DNA of 64,000 nt from an uncultured Nitrososphaerota archaeon (GCA_963703285.1 OY969807.1:1504001-1568000); one strand, 5' to 3'; counted from the first letter of the stretch, positions 47,902 through 58,305 are shown. Made by a program: numbers and translations. Notes: generated by a model from the letters alone, not told the origin.

Positions 47902-49527
47902 CTATTCGGGCGGAATCTCCTTGAACGAGAGGCGGATGTCGACTCCGTGGCTCTTGTGATAGGCGTAGCTCACGAAGTATATGACGAAGCCGGCGATGAC
48001 GACACCGAGAGCGTAGACGATTGCAAAGGTAGTCGGACTTGCGATTAGCGGGTTCGTCGCCCCCAAGTAGGCCATGTAGAGGAAGGCGATTGCTTCGGCG
48101 AGGCCGATGATGCTTATGACGGGGAAGCCGCCAACCTTCGCCTTCATCCACCCCGGTGCCAGCTCCAGCAGCTCCTTCTTGCGGAACGGGAAGAGGAAGA
48201 GCGCCAATCCGGGAACGATGAGGCAGCAAATCAAGATGAAGACCCCGAGCGCAATCGCCGAAGGCCAGGAGGTGAAGTAGTAGAGCAACAGCACGAACAG
48301 TCCCAGTCCGGTCATTGTGCCGATTGCATAGTGAGGAGTGTGGAACCTGTTCCCGACGTCGGCTATCCTCGAGGGGATGACGCGATCAAAGCTCCAGGCG
48401 AAGAGGTATCGGCTCGGAATCCAGAAGAACAGGAAGACGGACGGTAGAGAGCCTATGATGTAGAGCGCCAGGACCGTGAAAGTGAGGGCCTGGTTGGGAG
48501 ACGTTGCGAGCGAGAGCAACATCGGGATAGTGGGTGCGTATGGAATCGCGGCGAAGTACGCTGACGGTTTGTTGTCGTAGAGGTAGCCCGAGGCGTAGGT
48601 CCAGGTCGAACCAGTCGCATGAAGCACAAACACATCGAAGAGGCCCCAGAAAAGAATGCCGAAGAGCAGCGATACTATCAGCCCCACGGGTGCCGCCCGC
48701 CTGATGTTCTTGATCTCCCCCGAGATGACGTTTCCGAGGTTCCCTCCAAGCAGGAAGAGGGCGGCGAGAGGCATGGCCGCTACAGTGGCAGCGAGCGTAA
48801 CCGGCTGTTGCACCCACCCGTCCTTCGATGCCAGGGAGACGAGCCCATTGTACGTGATGTAGTTCGTTCCAAAAGCGGCGTCCCATTTGGAGGCCAGGGT
48901 GGCCGGTGTCGTTGTGCCGAGGACTATCCAGATCAGTGCTGTCCCTATGATGGCCGCGGCGGTGCCGACATACAGGATGACCTTGATGCTTCTGCCGCCG
49001 ACCAGTCCTATGGCGCCCATCGCGATGATTATCAGAGCTCCGACGGCGTAGGACCATGTAGGAGTGCTCAAGGTAGTAGCGGCGGAGAGGAGGCCCGGTG
49101 CGTTGTAGATTGTCCCCCACGTCGTCAGCGCCGTCGAGATGCCGGAGGTGTAGGCGTAGACCACTCCGACAAACGAGACGCTGAACATCGAGATCATCCA
49201 GGTAAGAGACCAAGAGAAGGAACCAGACGGGTTGAGGACCCTGCCGATCCAGACGTAGTCGCTACCCGAGCGAGGAAGGATTACGGTGAGAATCCAGTAG
49301 ACTATCTGCAAGAGGAGAAATGGGATGCCAGCAATCACGCACGCGAGCCATAGGCTCGCGCCGGGGCTGAAACCGTAGAAGTAGGGGAACTGAAGGGTTG
49401 CGTAGATTAGGGCGAACGTGGTGAAGCAGGCGATGATAAGCAGGTCAATCGTGCCGAACTCCTTGACAAGGCCGGTTGCGTCTCTTAGGAACGTCTTGCT
49501 AGGAGGGGCGGTCTTGGTATCAGCCAA
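47902..49527 (-). CDS. APC-family amino acid permease
   Basis: FLRDATGLVKE, PRSGSDYVW, SRYLFAWSFDRVIP, FKEIPPE; about 12 TM segments. Confidence 0.92.
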   Translation of the reverse strand: MADTKTAPPSKTFLRDATGLVKEFGTIDLLIIACFTTFALIYATLQFPYFYGFSPGASLWLACVIAGIPFLLLQIVYWILTVILPRSGSDYVWIGRVLNPSGSFSWSLTWMISMFSVSFVGVVYAYTSGISTALTTWGTIYNAPGLLSAATTLSTPTWSYAVGALIIIAMGAIGLVGGRSIKVILYVGTAAAIIGTALIWIVLGTTTPATLASKWDAAFGTNYITYNGLVSLASKDGWVQQPVTLAATVAAMPLAALFLLGGNLGNVISGEIKNIRRAAPVGLIVSLLFGILFWGLFDVFVLHATGSTWTYASGYLYDNKPSAYFAAIPYAPTIPMLLSLATSPNQALTFTVLALYIIGSLPSVFLFFWIPSRYLFAWSFDRVIPSRIADVGNRFHTPHYAIGTMTGLGLFVLLLYYFTSWPSAIALGVFILICCLIVPGLALFLFPFRKKELLELAPGWMKAKVGGFPVISIIGLAEAIAFLYMAYLGATNPLIASPTTFAIVYALGVVIAGFVIYFVSYAYHKSHGVDIRLSFKEIPPE

Positions 49528-49650
49528 CCGACGTTAGGATAGGAGTGAGTTTGTATTTATGCGTTCTCATGGACTTTTGGCAAAAATTTTTAATGAATGA
49601 CGTTATTATTTCGACCTGATGGCTTCACGCCCGATAGAGCGCGCTCCTAT

Positions 49651-50679
49651 TCAATCGGACCCGGCCTTTATCGCAGAAAGCGTCGCTTCTTTCACCGAGG
49701 CCTGCGCGCTGAACCCCCAGGTTCTTCCCCTGCGAGCGCTCCGGGCAAACGGAAAGAGGATTGGCAGTGAGACTCCTGCTTTGCGATACTCTGACAGTCT
49801 CTTGAGACAGTCCTCTCTGCCTCCGGCGATGCAGAACGCCCTGACCATCCTCTCGTCCACCATCGCGAAAGCATCTTCGGTCCGGCCGGCGAGCCAGGCC
49901 TGCCTGATCTCTCTCGCTTTCTTGGGAAAGCCGCTCTCAGCTACCAGACGGTTGTACCTCGGATAGAAGCCCGTGTAGAGCCCGACGAGCTTTCTCGCGC
50001 CATCGAGTGCCGCCTCCTCGTCCTCGGAGACGCACGTCGGAATCAGGGAGGCGACCTCCAGACCTGAGGGATTGCGCCCGGCTTTCCGGGCGGAGGCCTT
50101 TAGCAACCCCGACGCCCGTTTGGCGCGCCCGACTGTCGCCCAGACCATTATTGTCCCGTCGGCGATCCGCCCGCAAAGGTCCAGCATCTTCGGGTTGAGC
50201 GCCGCGAGGTAGATGGGGATTCTGTTCCTGAAGGGAGTGAACCAAAAGTCATAGTTCACCTTGGGGAAGATTCTCCCAGCGAATGCGACCTTCTGTTCGG
50301 CGAACAGTGCTCTTACTATCTGGACGGTCTCCTCCATGCGCTCCAGCGGCTTGCCATAGTCTAGCCCGTGCTCGGGCACGACCTGGACGTAGTGGCTCGA
50401 ACCCAAGCCCAGGATGAACCGGCCCTTTGAGAAGGCATCCACGGTGGCGGCACCGAGCGCTATGGTGGGGGCGCTCCGGACGAAGATGCTCACTATGCTG
50501 GTCCCAAGGCGGATTTTCGAGGTAGAGAGAGCGCAGGCCGTTAACATTGAAAACGCGTCGCCTCCGTGGCCTTCTGCCATCCACGCGGCGTCGAATCCTC
50601 CCTTCTCCGCGGACCTGACGCAGCTGACTATCTCTTGGGCGCTCATGCCTCCCCAGAGAGCGATCCCCACCTTCCCCAT
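49651..50679 (-). CDS. LLM-class (Mer-like) flavin/F420-dependent oxidoreductase
   Basis: GFDAAWMAE, KIRLGTSI, GRFILGLGSS, PIYLAALNPKML. Confidence 0.92.
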   Translation of the reverse strand: MGKVGIALWGGMSAQEIVSCVRSAEKGGFDAAWMAEGHGGDAFSMLTACALSTSKIRLGTSIVSIFVRSAPTIALGAATVDAFSKGRFILGLGSSHYVQVVPEHGLDYGKPLERMEETVQIVRALFAEQKVAFAGRIFPKVNYDFWFTPFRNRIPIYLAALNPKMLDLCGRIADGTIMVWATVGRAKRASGLLKASARKAGRNPSGLEVASLIPTCVSEDEEAALDGARKLVGLYTGFYPRYNRLVAESGFPKKAREIRQAWLAGRTEDAFAMVDERMVRAFCIAGGREDCLKRLSEYRKAGVSLPILFPFARSARRGRTWGFSAQASVKEATLSAIKAGSD

Positions 50680-50734
50680 GCGCAGTTCACTCCGGACGCG
50701 GCCCTATTAAGTTCTGAGGGGAGATTGACCTGCT

Positions 50735-52033
50735 CTAGGTTGGCCCCGTTTCGGCTTCGGGGAAGTCGAACAGCAACCTCCGAAGCCCGTCCTTTTCCTT
50801 AACGACCTGACTCACCTTCGTTATGGACGAGTCGACCGCCTCGGCGAATTTCTTCTTCCCGCCGAACCTCTCTAGGGTTTCAGGAGGGATGAACTTGAAG
50901 AGCAACGCTGAGGTCCCGGGTGGGACTCCCGCGAAGTGGACAGTGCTTATGCCGTAGTCCTGTAGCAGGACCATCGCCACGGCTGCCGTCGCCTCAAAGG
51001 GGACAATCGGTGGACTGGAGAGGTCTGACCTGTCCATGACCAGCTGGAGCAGGTCCTCCGCAAGAATCTGCGATACGAGTTGATTTTCGCGAGCGTAGCT
51101 CCCAAGGCGCGTCTTGAGCTCCGCTCCTACCGACTTGGTCGTCTCCACCAGCGTCCTTACCCTCTGTGGGTCGTACCTCTGCAGCGACTTCAGAGCCGCT
51201 GGATAGAAAATCGGCCTCGCTTCCAGGCCCAGCTCCCACGCCCGACTCCTTATTCTCGAGACTAGCTCCTTCTTGCCGCCCAGGAGACCGAATCTTGGTC
51301 CGTACGTCCCGTACTTGTCGAGCCCCGTTGCAGCGACGTCGACGTCAAGCTCCAAGCTCCGGGGCTGCCCAAAGATGGCGGGTCCCACCCTGGCTCCACC
51401 CGCGTCGTCCATGTACACCGGAAGATTCCTCTCTTTCACAAGCTCCATTATTCTGTCCAGGTCATGGGCGTCGAGGATATCATAGGTCACGGCGAGCCGG
51501 GTCAGCACCACAAGAGCGACGTTCTTCTCGGTTTTGAGGGCGGCCGATAGTTCCTCGACCCCCGTCGTCCCGACGAACCTCCCCCCGGCCAGATTGGTTG
51601 CCCTGATGACGGTGGGATGGCTGTAACTCGGGGACACGCCGACGACGGTCTGCCCGGGCTTGACCATCGTCAGATGGGTCGCGACCGTGGCGGCGGTCAG
51701 CCTGTTGGCGAGGAAGATGTCGTGGACCGTAGCGGTCCCGCCCAGATGCTGCAGGCCTGCCTCCATCAGCTGGTTGCTGTACTTCGAGGCCGCCATCTCG
51801 TCGTCGAGGCGGGCTATGTCATCGGTGCCTTCGGGGTAGGCCCTCTCGAGACCCGAGAAGTTGAAGACGCCTTGGCCGAGCTTGAGTCTCTGCCGGATCA
51901 AGTAGTGGGCCTTGGCTATCTTCGCGTAGTCGTCCTGGCTGGTTCTCAGTATCTGCCCTCTCGCGTATGGAAGCTCCCCGGAGATGGGGTTCCCGAACCG
52001 GTCTGTCTTCAGCAGCACCTTGGTATCGCTCAA
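50735..52033 (-). CDS. PLP-dependent enzyme, SelA-related (MJ0158-like)
   Basis: NRLTAA, SHPTV, DDAGGARV, GLDKYG..GPRFGLLGG. Confidence 0.75.
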   Translation of the reverse strand: MSDTKVLLKTDRFGNPISGELPYARGQILRTSQDDYAKIAKAHYLIRQRLKLGQGVFNFSGLERAYPEGTDDIARLDDEMAASKYSNQLMEAGLQHLGGTATVHDIFLANRLTAATVATHLTMVKPGQTVVGVSPSYSHPTVIRATNLAGGRFVGTTGVEELSAALKTEKNVALVVLTRLAVTYDILDAHDLDRIMELVKERNLPVYMDDAGGARVGPAIFGQPRSLELDVDVAATGLDKYGTYGPRFGLLGGKKELVSRIRSRAWELGLEARPIFYPAALKSLQRYDPQRVRTLVETTKSVGAELKTRLGSYARENQLVSQILAEDLLQLVMDRSDLSSPPIVPFEATAAVAMVLLQDYGISTVHFAGVPPGTSALLFKFIPPETLERFGGKKKFAEAVDSSITKVSQVVKEKDGLRRLLFDFPEAETGPT

Positions 52034-52183
52034 CGAACAATTTTTACGCCGTGACGGGATAATATCCTCTTCGGTGCGGCATGCGACGGTTAGAGCTCGT
52101 CAATCCCCCGTTGCCCGAATTGGAGACAGAGGATAAATAACCGGGCGGGCACGTGGAACCGATTACCCAAAGGTGCCCATGGA

Positions 52184-53743
52184 CTGAACCTCGGAATCCT
52201 GCTTGAGCACACAGCTTCAGAGCATCGGGACAGAGTAGCACTGAGGTACGGGGAAAGCACCCTGAACTACGGCGAACTCAGTAGTCGGGTGAACGGCCTA
52301 GCCAACGCGCTTGAGGACCTGGGGATAAAGAGGGGAGACAGAGTGTCCATCATCCAGCACAACTGCCCTCAGCTGATGGAGTCCATCCTCTGCTGCTTCA
52401 GGGCCGGGTTCGCAGCCGTGCCGATAAATGTGAGGCTCACCGCGAACGAGTTCTCCTATATCGTCAAGAACTCGAGGTCTTCGGCTCTGATTTTCGGGCC
52501 GGAGTTCGCGGAGGTCGCCCGTTCAATCTCGGCGGAGATGCCGTCCCTCAGGTTGATCTCCGTCTCGGGCAACGATAATCAGGTATTGCCGTACGAGAAG
52601 CTGATTGCCGGCTATCCGGAAGAGAGACCTAGGACCGAGGTAACCCTAGATGACGTCGCCTGGCTGTTCTACACTTCCGGGACGACGGGGAGGCCCAAGG
52701 GGGCGATGCTGACCCAGAGGAACCTTTTGGTGATGACAATGAACTTCTTCGCCGACATCTTTCCCCTTCGATCGACCGACGTCGGCCTGCACGCGGCGCC
52801 GCTGACCCATGGGAGCGGGCTCTATGCTATCCCGTTCATCGCCAGGGGCGCAACGAACGTGATTCTCAGGTCCAAGAGCTTCGACCCCGACCTCCTCCTG
52901 GGCTCGGTGGAGAAGGAGGGCATCTCCATACTGCCCTTCTTGACACCCACGATGATCAAGCTTCTTCTGCTGTCCCCACGCATCCGGGAATACAACCTTG
53001 GCGGGCTCAAGTGCATAGTCTACGGAGGGGCTCCGATGTACGTCGAGGACATGAAGGAGGCGGTGAGAAGGTTCGGGAAGATCCTGGTTCAGATATACGG
53101 TCTGGGAGAGGCTCCGATGACGATAACGTATCTCCCGATGGAGGACCACGCGGCCGAATCGAACGGGAGCAGTGGGAGGAGGCTGCTATCGGCGGGAATT
53201 CCGCGCACGGACGTCGAGGTCGGGATAGTCGACGACGAGGACCGACCTCTCCCGCCAGAGAAGCACGGGGAGATTGTTGCCAGAGGTGACGTGGTCATGA
53301 AGGGCTACTGGGATGACGAAGGAGCCACTGCCAAGACCGTCAGGGATGGATGGCTCCACACCGGTGACGTCGGGTTCATGGACGAGGCGGGCTACGTCTA
53401 CATCATGGACCGTAGCAAGGACATGATCGACAGCGGAGGCGCAAAGATCTACCCGAGGGAGGTGGAGGAGGTCATCCTCCAGCATCCCGCCGTACGGGAG
53501 GTCGCGGTCTTCGGGGTGCCTGACCGAATCTGGGGCGAATCTGTCAAGGCGATAGTCGTGGTGAAACCGAGGACCGTTGCCACCGAGGCGGAGATAATCG
53601 ACTTCTGTCGGGCGCGCATCGCTAGCTACAAGAAGCCCAAATCCGTCGAGTTCGTTGACTCCATACCCAAGAACGCCTACGGAAAGGTACTGAAGCGCGA
53701 GCTGAGGGAGAAGTACTGGGTTGGGCTGGAACGCAAGGTCTAG
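52184..53743 (+). CDS. Long-chain acyl-CoA synthetase / AMP-binding enzyme
   Basis: YTSGTTGRPKG, QIYGLGE, WLHTGD, PKNAYGKV; the frame extends to CTG at 52184 (LNLGILLEHT). Confidence 0.93.
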   Translation: MNLGILLEHTASEHRDRVALRYGESTLNYGELSSRVNGLANALEDLGIKRGDRVSIIQHNCPQLMESILCCFRAGFAAVPINVRLTANEFSYIVKNSRSSALIFGPEFAEVARSISAEMPSLRLISVSGNDNQVLPYEKLIAGYPEERPRTEVTLDDVAWLFYTSGTTGRPKGAMLTQRNLLVMTMNFFADIFPLRSTDVGLHAAPLTHGSGLYAIPFIARGATNVILRSKSFDPDLLLGSVEKEGISILPFLTPTMIKLLLLSPRIREYNLGGLKCIVYGGAPMYVEDMKEAVRRFGKILVQIYGLGEAPMTITYLPMEDHAAESNGSSGRRLLSAGIPRTDVEVGIVDDEDRPLPPEKHGEIVARGDVVMKGYWDDEGATAKTVRDGWLHTGDVGFMDEAGYVYIMDRSKDMIDSGGAKIYPREVEEVILQHPAVREVAVFGVPDRIWGESVKAIVVVKPRTVATEAEIIDFCRARIASYKKPKSVEFVDSIPKNAYGKVLKRELREKYWVGLERKV

Positions 53744-53749
53744 GCCGCT

Positions 53750-54696
53750 TCAGGTAGACTCTGCACCAAACGATGGAATCATGCTATCCGCAAAGGCCTC
53801 CATCTGATGGATGGGGTCGAATGACGCAAACCTGACGATAATCGTTTCTGCACCAGCGTCGCGGTAGCCTTCTATTGTCCGGCGGCAATCGTCCATGTTG
53901 CCGAAGACGCCGAACCTGTCGATTGACGGAAGTTTCGAATTGTAGTAGGTGTTCAAGAACACCTCAGCCTCGTTGTGCGAATCTGCACGGTCGTCCTTCA
54001 TGTTTATTGTCAAGTAGAACGCGCCATGAATGGAACGAGGCGTCCTGCCAGACTGTTCCATCATCTGAATAATCTTGTCCTTGTCCTCTCGATACTTCTC
54101 CGGACCAATCTCTATCGGAAGCCATCCGTCCCCGAATCTCGCCGTGCGCCTGAGAGCCTGCTCGCTGAATCCGCCTATCCAGATTGGAGGTCCGCCACTC
54201 TGCTCGGGTTCGAGGGGAAGGGTGACGCCTTCAAGGTGATAGTGTCTCCCCGAGAAGGTGACCGCCTCCCCGCTCCAGAGCCTCTTGAGGATTTGGACCA
54301 TCTCGTCCAACCTGCCTCCCCGATGCGCGAAGGGAACCCGTACTGCCTCGTATTCCTTCGCGATCCGGTCTGGCCCGACTCCCACGCCAATGATTGTCCT
54401 TCCCTCGGAGATGACATCAAGGGAAGATATTGACTGAGCCAGGAGCACGGAGTCCTGAGAGGAGCGACGAGGACCGCCACCCCGAGCTTGACCGCCTTCG
54501 TCCGTGCCGAGACCGCAGCCAGCGTGGAGAAGGGTTCCAACCGAGGCGTCGAAAGAAGTCTGTCTCCGACCCAGACGGAACCGAAGGACAGCTCCTCGGC
54601 GCGTTCTGCCATCCTAGTTACCAGGCCGATGTCCGGCTTCCCGCCGGTGACGCTTCCGTCGACGGGCAGCAACACGCCGAAGTTGAGCGGCTTCAT
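53750..54696 (-). CDS. LLM-class oxidoreductase, frameshift at ~54449
   Basis: FGSVWVGD, KLGVAVLVAPLR then LLAQSISSLD..SEGR, PPIWIGG, GDGWLP in the next frame. Confidence 0.85.
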
Positions 54697-54699
54697 CGG

Positions 54700-55164
54700 C
54701 TATCGGTTTGGTTTCCGTGGTCTCCGAGGTGCCTTCGGAGCCGGCTTGAACACGAGTCTGACCGTGCCTGGAGTGAGCTTTGCACAGGATTCGAAATCAA
54801 CCACAACCTCTTCTCCCATGCGGATATCGTCCGGATTGCCTCCTCCAGCCAGTATCCCGAGCACCGACGGGCCTTCTCGGAGGCGAACGACACCCACCAC
54901 ATAGGGCGAGATGTGCGCAAGCTCAGGGGGTGCGATGTGCACCACGGTGAAGGTCGTCAATTTCCCTCTCCCGGACAGACGGATGGTATTGAGCCTGGAT
55001 CCGTGGCAGCTTGGGCAGAGCGTCGTCGGCGGAACCAGAAGGGCGCCACATGCCCTGCATTTCGAGGCGCTGAGGACGCCCTTTCCCAGCGCGTCGTAGA
55101 ATGCACTGACTGTACCCTCGAGCCGCTCCGCGCTCCGGATGGTCTTGGCTACGACCTTGCGCAT
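54700..55164 (-). CDS. DUF35 zinc-ribbon/OB-fold protein (thiolase partner)
   Basis: CRACG...PP...CPSC, TFTVVH, PYVVGVVRLREGP. Confidence 0.9.
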   Translation of the reverse strand: MRKVVAKTIRSAERLEGTVSAFYDALGKGVLSASKCRACGALLVPPTTLCPSCHGSRLNTIRLSGRGKLTTFTVVHIAPPELAHISPYVVGVVRLREGPSVLGILAGGGNPDDIRMGEEVVVDFESCAKLTPGTVRLVFKPAPKAPRRPRKPNR

Positions 55165-56330
55165 ATCGTCACCACCGCAGTTGCGCCTGAGCCTCCAAGG
55201 TTGTGCGTCAGGCCGAGCTCGACGCCTTCGACCTGCCTCTGACCTGCCAGACCGTTAAGCTGAAGGTACATCTCATAGAGCTGGGCCGTGCCCGTGGCAC
55301 CTACCGGGTGTCCCTTCGACTTTAGCCCGCCACTGACGTTGACGGGGATTCTCCCGTCCCTCGTGGTCTCTCCGTCGCGGACCATCATCTGACCCTTGCC
55401 CTTCTTGCAGAAACCCAGGTCCTCGTAGGCGATAAGCTCCGAGCATGTGAAGCAGTCGTGAACCTCGGCAAGCTGTATCTCACCCGGGCTCACCTTGGCC
55501 ATGCGATACGCCTCCCGCGCCGCATCTACGTTCGCCCTGAGCGTCACGGTCGAGTAGTCCTTCTCCGCCGCCAGGATGCTGTCGCAGGCCAACCCCTGGC
55601 CTATCACGTCAATCCGAGTGTCAGAGATTTGGCGAGCTACCTCAGGCCTGGCCAGGACCATGCACGCCGCACCGTCGGAGATTGGCGCGCAGTCGTAGAG
55701 GCGGATGGGCCACGAGACGATCCTGGCGTTCAGGGCATCCTCGAGCGTGATTTCCTTGTTGAACTGGGCCTTTGGGTTGAGGACCCCGTTCTTGTGGTTC
55801 TTGACGGCGATGGCGGCGAAGTCCTCGAGGGTGGACCCGTACTTCTTCATGTGCGCGTTCTCGACGAGCCCGAAGAATCCCGGAAATGTCAGCCCGTTCC
55901 TTTGATCCATCTGGGCATCAGCGGCCTCGGCGATGAACTTGGTAGCTTCCGGTGTCGTCACCGTGGTCATCTTCTCCGCACCCCCCACCAGCACGACGTC
56001 GTACATGCCCGCCATTATGGTCGCGAGCCCGAACCTCAGCGCCGCCCCGCTCGACGCGCAGGCCGCTTCGACGCGTATTCCAGGGTGGGGCAGGAGACCT
56101 GTCCATGTGACCGCGGCGGCACCCTGGTGCCCCTGGTTCTCGAAGCCCTCGCTCATGGTGCCGATGAACGCCGCATGAATCGTCTTCGGATCGAGTTTTG
56201 GCGCCCTACCGAAAGCCTCTCCCACAGCCTCAAGGAAGAGCTCTCTTGTTCCGAGACCCTGCCTGACTCCGAACTTTGACATCCCCGCCGAGACTATCGA
56301 AGCCAGAGGTCTCCTTCTGTTTCTGGTCAA
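55149..56330 (-). CDS. Thiolase family protein (SCP2-type)
   Basis: VEAACASSG, KNH.NG..NP.AQ, EVHDCF, NVSGGLKSKGHPVGATG, HNLGG. Confidence 0.93.
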   Translation of the reverse strand: MTRNRRRPLASIVSAGMSKFGVRQGLGTRELFLEAVGEAFGRAPKLDPKTIHAAFIGTMSEGFENQGHQGAAAVTWTGLLPHPGIRVEAACASSGAALRFGLATIMAGMYDVVLVGGAEKMTTVTTPEATKFIAEAADAQMDQRNGLTFPGFFGLVENAHMKKYGSTLEDFAAIAVKNHKNGVLNPKAQFNKEITLEDALNARIVSWPIRLYDCAPISDGAACMVLARPEVARQISDTRIDVIGQGLACDSILAAEKDYSTVTLRANVDAAREAYRMAKVSPGEIQLAEVHDCFTCSELIAYEDLGFCKKGKGQMMVRDGETTRDGRIPVNVSGGLKSKGHPVGATGTAQLYEMYLQLNGLAGQRQVEGVELGLTHNLGGSGATAVVTICARS

Positions 56331-56443
56331 CGTACTTGGTTTGTCGTCACCACCTACCTCTATTTTAGGGTGGGTCTCTCAGAAGGCTTTGGCAGCGAAG
56401 CGATATGTCCGTTATCACCATGTAAAGCCCCCGCACCTGCAGC

Positions 56444-57328
56444 TCAGGTCGAAAAAACGGAGGTGAGGTGCGTGGTCTTGGAAACTTGACGGTAGTGCTC
56501 CGATAGACGGTTCGTCATTGCCCCCGGGCATTGCTCTCCGATGGTTCGGCCGTCAATCTCACGGACTGGAACCACCCCGTCTATCCCCGTCCCCGTGAGA
56601 AACACCTCGGACGCTGAGTACAGGTCCTGGACCGTTAGCGCCTCCTCGGTTGTCCCAATCCCCAGTTCCTTGGCTATCTCGATGATAGTGGCCCGTGTCA
56701 CTCCAGCGAGACACGAAGTGGTGGGAGGGGTCACCACGGCGCCATTCTTGACTAGGAAGATGTTCGCCCCAGTGGCCTCGGCCACGGACCCGTTGGAATC
56801 GAGCATGACGGCGTCATCGAATCCGCCCTCTTTGGCCTCGATTTTCGCCAGGATATTGTCCAGGTAGTTGATCGACTTTATTTTCGAATCAATTGAGATG
56901 GGTGACTTCTTCCTGACCGATGAGGTGATCAGTCTCAAGGGCTCCTGTCCAAGCATCGGCTGCACCTCTACGGCGGATATGATTATGGTTGACTTGGGAC
57001 ATAAAGTAGGGTCGAGCCCCGGCTTACCTACTCCCCGAGTCATGATTACACGGACTTGGGCGTTTCTGACAGCGTTCCTCCTCACCGTCTCCACGATGGA
57101 CATCTTCATCTGCTCCTTGGTCAGCGGTGGGGTCAAGTGGATGCCCCTTGCGGATTCGAACAGCCGGTCTATGTGGTCCTCGAGCCTGAAAATGAATCCG
57201 TCGTAGACCCGAGCGGTATCATAGACTGCATCCCCGTATAGCAGAGCGTGGTCCCAGACAGAGATTCGCGCATCATCACCCTTCAGGAACCTACCGTCGA
57301 TGAAGACAATCGAGTCCTGAAATGACAC
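56444..57328 (-). CDS. ilvE: Class IV (branched-chain) aminotransferase
   Basis: DHALLYGD, HIDRL, KSINYL, EATGANIF, LAGVTR, EVFLTGT. Confidence 0.88.
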   Translation of the reverse strand: MSFQDSIVFIDGRFLKGDDARISVWDHALLYGDAVYDTARVYDGFIFRLEDHIDRLFESARGIHLTPPLTKEQMKMSIVETVRRNAVRNAQVRVIMTRGVGKPGLDPTLCPKSTIIISAVEVQPMLGQEPLRLITSSVRKKSPISIDSKIKSINYLDNILAKIEAKEGGFDDAVMLDSNGSVAEATGANIFLVKNGAVVTPPTTSCLAGVTRATIIEIAKELGIGTTEEALTVQDLYSASEVFLTGTGIDGVVPVREIDGRTIGEQCPGAMTNRLSEHYRQVSKTTHLTSVFST

Positions 57329-57482
57329 AATCGCAGTCTTCTGGCAGAATAGAAAAACCTATGCAAGTCGCGGTTGCGTCGCTCGAGTCAACGAAAGGAC
57401 CGGCCGATTGCTTCATCGGGTTCACACACATTTGCAGCTACGCTAAACTTGTGGAGCCGACAGTTTGAGGAATCGATGTTAC

Positions 57483-57537
57483 GCCACGTATCGGGTTCAT
57501 TGCGCCTCCGCCGGGGCATTTCATCCACACGTTGGGC
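57483..57537 (+). repeat. Repeat R18 (full length, perfect core)
   Basis: GCCACGTATCGGGTTCATTGCGCCTCCGCCGGGGCATTTCATCCACACGTTGGGC. Confidence 0.97.
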
Positions 57538-57588
57538 CAGAGTTGGCGCGGTGTGGGCTCCGTTGTGGATTGGCTTGATGCACATGTC

Positions 57589-57620
57589 GTAATACATTTA
57601 TAGACAAATACTTGTATTAC
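57589..57620 (+). promoter_or_regulatory. vapBC promoter/operator
   Basis: Inverted repeat GTAATACA...TGTATTAC enclosing TTTATA (57597-57602), ~25 nt before the ATG at 57627. Confidence 0.7.
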
Positions 57621-57626
57621 ATCTCT

Positions 57627-57881
57627 ATGCCGATCTTCACGGTGAGGGTGGATGAGCAGCTCAAGAGGAAGATGGACGACCTCAAGGAGGTAAACTGGAG
57701 CGAGGTGACGAGGGCGGCGATCGAAGAGAAGGTAAGGGAGACGGAGATGTGGAGGCGCGTCGATGTCACGAAGCTGAGGCGCGCTTCCGCTGAGACCGAC
57801 GGCCTCAGGCGGAAGGTGGAAGGGTGGAGCAGTGCTTCTGAGATCAGGAGATGGCGTTCGCGTGTCAGCGATAGTAGCTGA
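57627..57881 (+). CDS. vapB: Ribbon-helix-helix antitoxin
   Basis: FTVRVDEQLKRKM....VNWSEVTRAAIEEK. Confidence 0.88.
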   Translation: MPIFTVRVDEQLKRKMDDLKEVNWSEVTRAAIEEKVRETEMWRRVDVTKLRRASAETDGLRRKVEGWSSASEIRRWRSRVSDSS

Positions 57882-58305
57882 CGCCTCAGTCATCGTGAAG
57901 TGGTTCGTGGAGGAGGAGCACTCGGACCGGGCGCTGCGACTCAGAGATGACCACGTGGAACAGAGGGTCAGAGTGGTCATCCCCTCGCTCGCTGGCTACG
58001 AGGTCCTGAACGCGCTCCGATACTCGGGGAGCTTCGGCGCGGAGGACCTTGTCGAGGTCTCGAGGGCCCTTGATGGATACCAGTTCATGGAGGTCGGCAT
58101 GAGCGGCCGCTGCGCGGAGGAGGCGGTGAGGATCGCCCTAGACTACGGGGTAACCGTCTACGATGCAGCCTACCTGGCCATAGGGAAGCTGAGGGGGCTC
58201 GAGGTATACACGGCGGACGACGAACTGCTGCGCAAGGTGGAGAAGCTCGGGTTCGTGCGGCACGTGAAGGAGTACGAGGGTGGGAATCAAGCGCGCCGTG
58301 GGTAG
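57862..58305 (+). CDS. vapC: PIN-domain toxin VapC
   Basis: VADASVIVKWFVEE, YEVLNAL, TVYDAAYLA, YTADD; the stop TAG lies inside repeat R19. Confidence 0.92.
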   Translation: MSAIVADASVIVKWFVEEEHSDRALRLRDDHVEQRVRVVIPSLAGYEVLNALRYSGSFGAEDLVEVSRALDGYQFMEVGMSGRCAEEAVRIALDYGVTVYDAAYLAIGKLRGLEVYTADDELLRKVEKLGFVRHVKEYEGGNQARRG

